This document shows, piece after piece, positions 1 through 12,108 of a DNA stretch of 64,000 nt. The DNA is from Dipteris shenzhenensis (Eukaryota): assembly GCA_047967505.1 (NCBI GenBank), contig CM106538.1; one strand, written 5' to 3'. How positions within the stretch are numbered: position 1 is the stretch's first letter; the number at the start of each line of letters is the position of its first letter. The notes beneath the pieces are model-generated. The model was not told the DNA's origin, did no database searches, and worked only from the letters and a program-made list of their open reading frames with translations. Both the position numbers and the translations under genes were made by a program.

Positions 1-354
1 TGCTGCTAGCATTAGTAGGCAAGAGTACTTAGTTGTGTATAATGTTTTGTAAATGCATTTTGAGGTCAAGGTGTAAAGAATCCTTTGCTGTAGAGACTAA
101 TATATGTTAGAAATGCAAGGGAAAAAAATATATATTGTCCAATATCTATGGGGTTGATTTATACACATTTTAAAATGCATGATATTGGAAGGCACAAATA
201 AGACAAAAGGATGAGAGAGCAAAAAAGGAAGGTGCACAAGGTACCGAGGCAAAGCAAGGACCAAGCACCTTTGAGTACATGAAACATAACTTTGCATGTA
301 TGCAAGGTCCAAGCAACAATGGTAGAGTTTTATAGCATGAAAGCAAAAACTGTC

Positions 355-2053
355 TGTAGACTTCATAGCATGGGATTGCATCAACACTTATGACATTCAA
401 AATGGTTCTTCTTATTAAAAGTGTTATCAACCATGAAAGAAAATGTTTAAAAATAGTTCACCCGTATGTTAAAAAACCCAAGTGTCATTTATGACATTCA
501 AAATTGTTCTTGCAACCATCCTGTAGTTCCTAGAGATTTTGCCCATACTTCCATCCCCTTCCCTTCAACCACTAAGAGGTATCTAATAGTTTTATAGAAC
601 ACTTGAGATATCATCACCTCCTAATACAAAACCATTATTACTATTTGTAGAACACTTGAGATATCATCACCTCTTAATACAAGACCATTCTTACTATTTG
701 TAGAACACTTGAGATATCATCACTCCTTCCCTTCAGCCACTAAGAGGTACGTAATACTTTTGTAGAACACTTGAACCATTCTTACTATTTGTAGAACACT
801 TGAGATATCATCACCTTTTAACACAAAACCATTCTTACCGTTTGTATAACACTTGAGATATCATCACCTCTTAATATAAGACCATTCTTAGTATTTGTAG
901 ATCACTTTAGATATCATCGCCTCTTAATACAAGACCATTCTTACTATTTGAGAGATTAATGGATTAAAGGTTTGAAGCTCATAGGAGACGAAGGAAGAGA
1001 AAGTCGGTTTCGACATGAGGACAATAAAACTAATTGGAATATTTTGACTTATGTATTATACCTTTTTGAAGACTATGAATTTTAGTCAGTTTCAACATTA
1101 GGATGATAAAACTAATTAGAATATTTTGACTTATGTATTATATATTTTTGAAGACTATGAATTTTAATGAGGAGAGGCATGCACACTACTTAGTAAATAC
1201 ACTAGTACTACTACTAGCCTACGGCTATTAAGCCTAGTAGCACCAGTGTGATTTTGAGCCTTGTATCACCCTTTTAATAATTTTCTTTCATCGTTAGTGC
1301 AATAGAAATTATTCCTTCTATCAGAAGAATCTTGCCAAATTTATTCAAAGTGATGATTTTGTAGTCTACAGCCACTATCCTCTGACTCTCAAAAATATAT
1401 TAAATGTGAGCACCCATTTATCTTGTTTGATCAACCCTAGACTATGCTACGATAGGACGTTACTAGAACAAAAAAAATATGAATTGATATGGCAATGTTC
1501 GGTGTGAAATAACCAAATTAAGGATTTAATAAGAAAGAAAACAATCAGAATCAATAGGCTATTCAATGGCTCAAATCTGCACATAAATTATAATGTGCCT
1601 CCCAACTCTTATGCATTCTAGCTCCTCATGTTTGATAAGAATGCAAACAATAATGAAATCACATTATCTTTAGTTTCAAAGTAAGCAAAGCACCAAAAAT
1701 AAATGCAAACGTATTGGATGAGGAATAAATAGGTATAGATATAGATAGACCTATATATATGCATTCATAGATATAATGATGATTAAAGTTGGACGGTCAT
1801 AATAATATTATGTGTACTATCATTGGGATTAGGACTACTATTGGTAATATTGTATTTAGTAGTAGGAGAATTACCATTAAGGAACACTCAAATAAAATTA
1901 CTAATGGTGGTGATAAAACTACCACTAGTAGTTTGGTAATTACCCCTAACATCTACAACAAATATTTGATGGGTAGCTAGTATTAGGTCAAAAGGCCCCA
2001 ATTGTGCTATAATAATGGACCAAAAAAGGGAGTGCTATACCATCACCTAAGGG
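355..2053 (+). repeat. Left flank of the MULE, duplicated inside the element at 2468-4165
   Basis: 355-2053 aligns colinearly with 2468-4165 (offset ~2113), with roughly 30 differences counted by eye (~98% identity). Confidence 0.95.
592..950. repeat. Minisatellite with ~53-bp unit (GTAGAACACTTGAGATATCATCACCTCTTAATACAAGACCATTCTTACTATTT); second copy at ~2705-3063
   Basis: About 7 full or partial tandem units visible directly. Confidence 0.85.
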
Positions 2054-2109
2054 GAGGCAGTCGATAGAGCGAGCGAGGAAAAGCGAGCAGGCCCAAAAAA
2101 GCGAGCGAG
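2054..2109 (+). repeat. Left TIR of the MULE
   Basis: GAGGCAGTCGATAGAGCGAGCGAGGAAAAGCGAGCAGGCCCAAAAAAGCGAGCGAG; the inner 42 bp match the reverse complement of the right end at 38 positions; iterated AGCGAGC motifs. Confidence 0.85.
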
Positions 2110-5100
2110 CTTTTCCACAATTTCCTTATCGAGGTATTCAACATAGCTTTGTGGAAACCACTATTTGGGAAAATTGTCGAAAATAAAACTTATGTTACTA
2201 TGTGTAACTATATCAATATTGCGAATTATAGTCTACCTTGACTTCCAATTAGAGCCATACTCACATTATGCAACAATAGTATGTGGTTTGAAAGAAACCG
2301 AATTTCCACTCCAAAGCGGATTCCATTACTGATACAACAATTCTTTTGCATTTGAAATGGGTCTTATTATCAAACTCCTTCAATAATCAAAACAAATGCG
2401 TTGCTTGATATGTTGAGCTTAGTAACATAAACATCACTTCACCCATATGTGGGGAAAAAAAACTTTTTGTAGACTTCATAGCATGGGATTGCATCAACAC
2501 TTATGACATTCAAAATGGTTCTTCTTATTAAAAGTGTTATCAACCATGAAAGAAAATGTTTAAAAATAGTTCACCCATATGTTGAAAAACCCAAGTGTCA
2601 TTTATGACATTCAAAATTGTTCTTGCAGCCATCCTGTAGTTCCTAGAGATTTTGCCCATACTTCCAACCCCTTCCCTTCAACCACTAAGAGGTATCTAAT
2701 AGTTTTATAGAACACTTGAGATATCATCACCTCCTAATACAAAACCATTATTACTATTTGTAGAACACTTGAGATATCATCACCTCTTAATACAAGACCA
2801 TTCTTACTATTTGTAGAACACTTGAGATATCATCACTCCTTCCCTTCAGCCACTAAGAGGTACCTAATACTTTTGTAGAACACTTGAACCATTCTTACTA
2901 TTTGTAGAACACTTGAGATATCATCACCTTTTAATACAAAACCATTCTTACGGTTTGTATAACACTTGAGATATCATCACCTCTTAATATAAGACCATTC
3001 TTAGTATTTGTAGATCACTTTAGATATCATCGTCTCTTAATACAAGACCATTCTTACTATTTGAGAGATTAATGGATTAAAGGTTTGAAGCTCATAGGAG
3101 ACGAAGGAAGAGAAAGTCAGTTTCGACATGAGGACAATAAAACTAATTGGAATATTTTGACTTATGTATTATACCTTTTTGAAGACTATGAATTTAAGTC
3201 AGTTTCAACATTAGGATGATAAAACTAATTAGAATATTTTGACTTATGTATTATATATTTTTGAAGACTATGAATTTTAATGAGGAGAGGCATGCACACT
3301 ACTTAGTAAATACACTAGTACTACTACTAGCCTACGACTATTAAGCCTAGTAGCACCAGTGTGATTTTGAGCCTTGTATCAGCCTTTTGATAATTTTCTT
3401 TCATCTTTAGTGCAATAGAAATTATTCCTTCTATCAGAAGAATCTTGCCAAATTTATTCAAAGTGATGATTTTGTAGTCTACAGCCACTATCCTCTAACT
3501 CTCAAAAATATATTAAATGTGAGCACCCATTTATCTTGTTTGATCAACCCTAGACTATGTTGCGATAGGACATTACTAGAACAAAAAAAAAAAGAATTGA
3601 TATGGCGATGTTCGGTGTGAAATAACCAAATTAAGGATTTAATAAGAAAGAAAACAATCAGAATCAATAGGCTATTCAATGGCTCAAATCTGCACAGAAA
3701 TTATAATGTGCCTCCCAACTCTTATGCATTCCAGCTCCTCATGTTTGACAACAATGCAAACAATAATGAAATCACATTATCTTTAGTTTCAAAGTAAGCA
3801 AAGCACCAAAAATAAATGCAAACGTATTGGATGACGAATAAATAGGTATAGATATAGATAGACCTATATATATGCATTCATAGATATAATGATGATTAAA
3901 GTTGGACGGTACAATAATATTATGTGTACTATCATTGGGATTAGGACTACTATTGGTAATATTGTATGTAGTAGTAGGAGAACTACCATTAAGGAACACT
4001 CAAATAAAATTACTAATGGTGGTGATAAAACTACCACTAGTAGTTTGGTAATTACCCCTAACATCTACAACAAATATTTGATGGGTAGCTAGTATTAGGT
4101 CAAAAGGCCCCAATTGTGCTATAATAATGGACCAAAAAAGGGAGTGCTATAGCATCACCTAAGGGTCACTTTTTATCCATGAAAGAAACAAGTCGGTGCA
4201 ACCTAGGTCATACAGATCTAGGTCATGTGGAGTGGTTCACGTCTCTTTCCTTGACAAAAAAGTTACACTACCTTTGATAGTAACTACAAAGATTGCTGCC
4301 ATAGTGCCGTAGAGTAGCCCCTAGGTTGCACCATCATCCCTTTTTGCTTTTGAGCCATTAAGTTTGATCCACTGATTTTATGTAGAATTATTCTACTATA
4401 TGTTCACATGTCCTTAATAGGATCTTGATATAATCCCTTCCATTGTAAGTACTTTTACTTCAAGTTTCACATATCCTTAACAAACCACTAGGCTTCAACA
4501 CAAATTCATTCTTATGTTTCAAGCCTTAAACTCAAACACCCTTGTAAAAGGGATAATGTATTAAAGCTACATTCAATCCATCAAATCTTTTGAATAACAG
4601 TTCTATTGAAAATTCATGTATCATCAATAGGATTTCATCCATTATATGTTCATTTGTCTTTAATAGTATGTCTAAAAATTCACGTATCTTCAATATTATT
4701 TCTCTCATGTGTTCCAATATCTTCAAAAGGATACCTTTATTTAATAATGTCCAAACTTGAGCATTGATTTGTATTTATCAAACACAATTTCACTCCACCT
4801 ATTCTTTAGAATGAAATTTTTTCGCCAAAAGTGGGCCAAATGTAAGGTCTTTCCACATATTCTTAAGAATGAAAATTTTGGCCTTACGTTGGCAAGTCTA
4901 TGGAATGAGGGTAAGGCCAAAGTCTCTGGTACGGTGCATTAGGTCTTGATTAATTCTTCTTTAGGCTTGAATATTTAATGCATTAACTTCACAACTATTA
5001 TTTATGCTTGAACTTGTAATGTATTAATTTCATGACTTAGGATTTTATGAAGTTATATCTAACATGTCCCAAATTTAATGGAAATTAATATCCTACATAA

Positions 5101-5275
5101 CACAACAAAGTATCATCATATTCCTTCCCAAAATCAATGCTACCTAGCAACTCTCCTGGCATTTTCACTGCCTTGCATTTGAGTTAGCTATGATGAAGAA
5201 TGTTGCCTGCCTTTGGAACCTCTTAGAGTTACCGTTAGCATGATCTAATTTCATGTACCCCAAAACTTGAGACTT

Positions 5276-5760
5276 GGAGATTCCCATATCACACCAGCGG
5301 TAGCTATCTTGTCCACTCTCAATGCTAGTAAGAGCTAGGCCCCATAGACCGGTAAAAGAAGTCTTTTTGGAGGTTCAATTTTTTCCCTCCGTCTTCTGCA
5401 GGCCCCCTGATGAAATAGGATATATTCATCACCCTACATTTAATGCAATAATTGACACAACTTTTTTGGACCTGACTATGTAGTTTACATCCCAAAATTG
5501 GTGCTAAAATTGCAGATTGGGAGATTCCCATATCACACCAATGGTAGCTATCTTGTCCACTCTCAACACTAGTAAGAGCCGCGGTCCCCATAGACTGGTA
5601 AAAGAAGTCTTTTTGGAGGTTCAATTTTTTGCCTCCGTCTTCTCCGGCCCCATGACGGAATACCATATATTCACCACCCTACATTTAATGCAAGAATTGA
5701 CAACTTTTTTTGGACATGACTATGCAGCTTACATCCCAAAATTGGTGCTAAAATTGCATA
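5276..5760. repeat. Tandem dimer of a 244-bp unit; second copy at ~15646-16128
   Basis: GGAGATTCCCATATCACACC recurs at 5276 and 5520 with colinear similarity. Confidence 0.85.
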
Positions 5761-5984
5761 CCGGGCATCTCCATTTGCCGGGAGGTGTCCCCAGCGACCC
5801 CTTGGACTTGCTCTATTTGTCTAGTTGTGTCTCTCCACAAAAATCGGAGTAGGGCCTATTTTCCCCATCTAGTAAAACTATATGCATCAATATGTATGTA
5901 TGTATGTATGTATGTATGCATGCATGCATGCATCCATGTATGTATGTACACACACACATATGTATGTATGTATGTGTACTAAAA

Positions 5985-6175
5985 CTACTAGAACTATATG
6001 CATCAAATAATGTTGTTGATCAATTTTTGGCATACCCCACCAAAATCAAGACCCCCATTGCAAAGAAAGGTAAGGAACACAAGTGCTTGTTCTTATGCTC
6101 ATGAGACAACAAAATGCATGACATAGGCAACCAATGGGGTCTTACTTTTGATGTTTGTATGTATGTATGTATGTA

Positions 6176-6206
<31 letters not shown>

Positions 6207-6229
6207 ATGTATGTATGTATGTATGTATG

Positions 6230-6266
<37 letters not shown>

Positions 6267-6939
6267 GTATATGTTGATGCATATATGTATATATTGATGT
6301 ATATATTGATGCATACAATTTTGATATATGGAGAAAATGGACATGAAAACCATCTAAATTGGTTCTTGTCGTTCGATTTGATATATGACATGATCCTATT
6401 TGGATTTGTAAGTCCAAAGATATGGGGTCCTACTTTTAGGGCCTGAATGCCTAAAATAGGTAGCACGTTAACGCGCTACCTATTTCATGCATTTAGGCCT
6501 CAAAAGTAGGACCCCATTGGCAACACAATGGGGTCCTAGTTTTAAGGCCTAAATGCATGAAATAGACAGCGCGTTAACGCGTTGCCTATTTTAGCCATTC
6601 AGGCCCTAAAAGTAGTACCCCGTATCTTTGGACTTGCATATCCAAATGGGGTCATGTCATAAATCAAATCGAACGGCAAGATCCACTTTAGATGGTTTTC
6701 ATGTCCATTTTCTCCATCAACTAAAACTATATACATCAAATAATGTTGTTGATCGATTTTTGGCATACCCCCCCAAAATCAAGACCCCCATTGCAAAGAA
6801 AGGTAAAGAACACAAGTGCTTGTTCTTATGCTCATGAGACAACAAAATGCATGACATGGAAAACCAATGGGGTCTTACTTTTGATGTTTGTATGTATGTA
6901 TGTATGTATATATATGCATGTACATACATACATACATAC

Positions 6940-6985
<46 letters not shown>

Positions 6986-7641
6986 TTATGTATATGTTGA
7001 TGCATATATGTATATATTGATGTATAGATTGATGCATACAATTTTGATATATGGAGAAAATGGACATCAAAATCATCTAAATTGGCTCTTGCCGTTTGAT
7101 TTGATATATGACATGACCCCATTTGGATTTGTAAGTCCAAAGATACGGGGTCCTACTTTTAGGGCCTGAATGCCTAAAATAGGGAGCGTGTCAACGCGCT
7201 GCCTATTTCATGCATTTAGGCCTCAAAAGTAGGACCCCATTGGCAACCCAATGGGGTCCTACTTTTGAGGCCTAAATGCATGAAATAGGCAGCGCGTTGA
7301 CGCGCTCCCTATTTTAGGCATTCAGGCCCTAAAAGTAGCACCCCGTATCTTTGGACTTGCATATCCGAATGGGGTCATGTCATATATCAAATCGAATGGC
7401 AAGATCCAATTTAGATGGTTTTCATGTCCATTTTCTCCATCAACTAAAACTATATTCATCAAATAATGTTGTTTATCAATTTTTGGCATACCCCCCCCAA
7501 AATCAAGACCCCCATTGCAAAGAAAGGTAAGGAACACAAGTGCTTGTTCTTATGCTCATGAGACAACAAAATGCATGACATGGGAAACCAATGGGGTTTT
7601 ACTTTTAATGTTTGCATGTATGTATGTATGTATATATATGC

Positions 7642-7692
<51 letters not shown>

Positions 7693-8405
7693 TGTATGTA
7701 TGTATATGTTGATGCATATATGTATATATTGATGTATATGTTGATGCATACAATTTTGATATATGGAGAAAATGGACATGAAAATCATCTAAATTGGCTC
7801 TTGCCGTTTGATTTGATATATGACATGACCCCATTTGGATTTGTAAGTCCAAAGATACGGGGTGCTACTTTTAGGGCCTGAATGCCTAAAATAGGGAGCG
7901 CGTCAACGCGCTGCCTATTTCATGCATTTAGGCCTCAAAAGTAGGACCCCATTGGCAACACAATGGGGTCCTACTTTTGAGGCCTATTGCCAATGGGGTC
8001 CTACTTTTGAGGCCTAAATGCATGAAATAGGCAGCGCGTTGACGCGCTCCCTATTTTAGGCATTCAGGCCCTAAAAGTAGCACCCCGTATCTTTGGACTT
8101 GCATATCCGAATGGGGTCATGTCATAAATCAAATCGAATGGCAAGATCCACTTTAGATGGTTTTCAATGTCCATTTTCTCCATCAACTAAAACTATATAC
8201 ATCAAATAATGTTGTTGATCAATTTTTGGCATACCCCCCCAAAATCAAGACCCCCATTGCAAAGAAAGGTAAAGAACACAAGTGCTTGTTCTTATGCTCA
8301 TGAGACAACAAAATGCATGACATGGGAAACCAATGGGATCTTACTTTTGATGTTTGTATGTATGTATGTATGTATATATATGCATGTGCATACATACATA
8401 CATAC

Positions 8406-8449
<44 letters not shown>

Positions 8450-9104
8450 TTATGTATATGTTGATGCATATATGTATATATTGATGTATATATTGATGCA
8501 TACAATTTTGATATATGGAGAAAATGGACATGAAAATCATCTAAATTGGCTCTTGCCGTTTGATTTGATATATGACATGACCCCATTTGGATTTGTAAGT
8601 CCAAAGATACGGGGTCCTACTTTTAGGGCCTAAATGCCTAAAATAGGGAGCGTGTCAACGCGCTGCCTATTTCATGCATTTAGGCCTCAAAAGTAGGACC
8701 CCATTGGCAACCCAATGGGGTCCTACTTTTGAGGCCTAAATGCATGAAATAGGCAGCGCGTTGACACGCTCCCTATTTTAGGCATTCAGGCCCTAAAAGT
8801 AGCACCCCGTATCTTTGGACTTGCATATCCGAATGGGGTCATGTCATATATCAAATCGAATGGCAAGATCCAATTTAGATGGTTTTCATGTCCATTTTCT
8901 CCATCAACTAAAACTATATTCATCAAATAATGTTTTTTATCAATTTTTGGCATACCCCCCCAAAATCAAGACCCCCATTGCAAAGAAAGGTAAGGAACAC
9001 AAGTGCTTGTTCTTATGTTCATGAGACAACAAAATGCATGACATGGGAAACCAATGGGGTTTTACTTTTAATGTTTGCATGTATGTATGTATGTATATAT
9101 CTGC

Positions 9105-9202
<98 letters not shown>

Positions 9203-9786
9203 ATGTTGATGCATATATGTATATATTGATGTATATGTTGATGCATACAATTTGGATATATGGAGAAAATGGACATGAAAACCATCTATGATGGGGTCCT
9301 ACTTTTAGGGCCTGAATGCCTAAAATAGGTAGCACGTTAACGCGCTACCTATTTCATGCATTTAGGCCTCAAAAGTAGGACCCCATTGGCAACACAATGG
9401 GGTCCTAGTTTTAAGGCCTAAATGCATGAAATAGACAGCGCGTTAACGCGCTGCCTATTTTAGCCATTCAAGCCCTAAAAGTAGTACCCCGTATCTTTGG
9501 ACTTGCATATCCAAATGGGGTCATGTCATAAATCAAATCGAACGGCAAGATCCACTTTAGATGGTTTTCATGTCCATTTTCTCCATCAACTAAAACTATA
9601 TTCATCAAATAATGTTTTTTATCAATTTTTGGCATACCCCCCCAAAATCAAGACCCCCATTGCAAAGAAAGGTAAGGAACACAAGTGCTTGTTCTTATGT
9701 TCATGAGACAACAAAATGCATGACATGGGAAACCAATGGGGTTTTACTTTTAATGTTTGCATGTATGTATGTATGTATATATATGC

Positions 9787-9870
<84 letters not shown>

Positions 9871-10673
9871 ATGTTGATGCATATATGTATATATTGATGT
9901 ATATGTTGATGCATACAATTTGGATATATGGAGAAAATGGACATGAAAATCATCTAAATTGGCTCTTGCCGTTTGATTTGATATATGACATGACCCCATT
10001 TGGATTTGTAAGTCCAAAGATACGGGGTCCTACTTTTAGGGCCTGAATGCCTAAAATAGGGAGCGCGTCAACGCGCTGCCTATTTCATGCATTTAGGCCT
10101 CAAAAGTAGGACCCCATTGGCAACACAATGGGGTCCTACTTTTGAGGCCTAAATGCATGAAATAGGCAGCGCGTTTGTTGCCAATGGGGTCCTACTTTTG
10201 AGGCCTGAATGCATAAAATAGGCAGCGCGTTAACGCGCTGCCTATTTTATGCATTCAGGCCTCAAAAGTAGGACCCCATTGGCAACAAACGCGCTGCCTA
10301 TTTCATGCATTTAGGCCTCAAAAGTAGGACCCCATTGTGTTGCCAATGGGGTCCTACTTTTGAGGCCTAAATGCATGAAATAGGCAGCGCGTTAACGCGT
10401 TGCCTATTTTAGGCATTCAGACCCTAAAAGTAGCACCCCGTATCCTTGGACTTGCATATCCGAATGGGTTCATGTCATATATCAAATTGAATGGCAAGAT
10501 CCAATTTAGATGGTTTTCATGTCCATTTTCTCCATCAACTAAAACTATATTCATCAAATAATGTTGTTTATCAATTTTTGGCATACCCCCCCCAAAATCA
10601 AGACCCCCATTTTGCTGTATGTATGTAAGTATGTATATATGTATGTATATACATACATATATATCTATATGTG

Positions 10674-10716
<43 letters not shown>

Positions 10717-11360
10717 ACACACACATGTATGTATGTATGTATGTATGTATCTATATATATATATATATATATATATACATACATACATATGTATATATTG
10801 ATGCATATATTGATGCATATCTTGATGTATATATTTATGCATACAGTTTTGATTGATGGAGAAATCAGGCATGAAAACCATCTAAATTGACTCTTGCCGT
10901 TCGATTTGATATAGGACATGATCCCATTGGGATTTGTAAGTCCAAAGATACGGGGTCCTACTTTTAGGACCTAAATTCCTGAAATAGGTAGCTTGTCAAT
11001 GTGCTGCCTATTTCATGCATTTAGGCCTCAAAAGTAGGACCTCATTTGGTCCTACATGGGGTCCTACTTTTGAGGCCTAAATGTATGAAATAGGCAGTGC
11101 ATTGGCGTGCTGCCTATTTTAGGCATTCAAGCCCTAAAAGTAAGACCCCATATCTTTGGAATTACAAATCCAAATGGGGTCATGTCATACATCAAATCAA
11201 ATGGCAAGAGCCAATTTAGATGTTTTCATGCCCAATTTATCGATTTAATAAAACTATATGCATCAAATAATGTTGTTTATCAATTTTTGGCATACACCCC
11301 CAAAATCAAAACCCCCATTGGAAAGAAAGGTAAGGAACACAAGTGCTTGTTCTTATGTTC
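5985..11360. repeat. Tandem array of ~680-950-bp units, each a (TATG)n/(TA)n/(TG)n microsatellite plus a ~390-bp palindrome (7 hairpins)
   Basis: Marker CATCAAATAATGTT at ~6001, 6734, 7457, 8200, 8921, 9603, 10552, 11261; first hairpin 6328-6717 with loop GCAACA at 6520-6525. Confidence 0.92.
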
Positions 11361-11991
11361 AGGAAACATTAAAAAAGAGGCCTAGTAGCCCAAAAATGGC
11401 AGCGCATCAATGCACTATCATTTTTGGGTTGCCAGGTCTCTTTTTTGTTGTCTCACGAGCATACATATGGAGGTTATTATACAATATAACTAAGAAGTAG
11501 TATTGAAGTAGTTCTACAATTTGGATGCATTAAGAGCATTCATATAGCAAGGAAGAATATAATAATTGAATACATTTTTTTTTCAATACATATTGCTAGT
11601 GAGACTACCAAAAAGAGGCTCTACCCCTCATGATGTCTCTGGATACAGAATATGAGATTGCTTGAGGCTTGGATTGTAGCTGGAAACATTGCGTGGGCAA
11701 AGCCACTATATGCCTCAAGTGTTGGAAATTGATATATGGCTCAAGTGCTAGAATGTGCAAATCATGGCCAAAATCAAGACCCCTTAGAGATTCCATGAGG
11801 GCTATCCTTTTACTACTACACACGTCACCTTTAGTCGAGGGTAGAACCATTCGTCGTCATAGGCTGCAGGTTCATGGGACCCCATCCCATGATCCAAGGC
11901 ATTATTCAAAGACAAAGTATTTCTGACCATTCCCAAATTGAGTTTGCCAATTCCTAATCTGATTGATTTCATTTACTGGACTTGCAATGCT

Positions 11992-12108
11992 TGCAAAGCC
12001 CTTGCTTAAGCTTGAATGAGCCTCTTGATTTTGGGGGTATAATGGTCAAAAATGGCTTAACACGCCCAAAATCAAGAGGCTCGTTCAAGCTTAAGCAAGG
12101 GCTTTGCA
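11992..12108. repeat. Inverted repeat: 44-bp arms, 29-nt loop; second copy at ~21379-21490
   Basis: TGCAAAGCCCTTGCTTAAGCTTGAATGAGCCTCTTGATTTTGGG (11992-12035) pairs with 12065-12108 with one mismatch. Confidence 0.9.

Noticed and set aside
592-950. CRISPR-like array
   Set aside because: The intervening segments are copies of each other, there are no cas genes, and the context is eukaryotic; it is a minisatellite.
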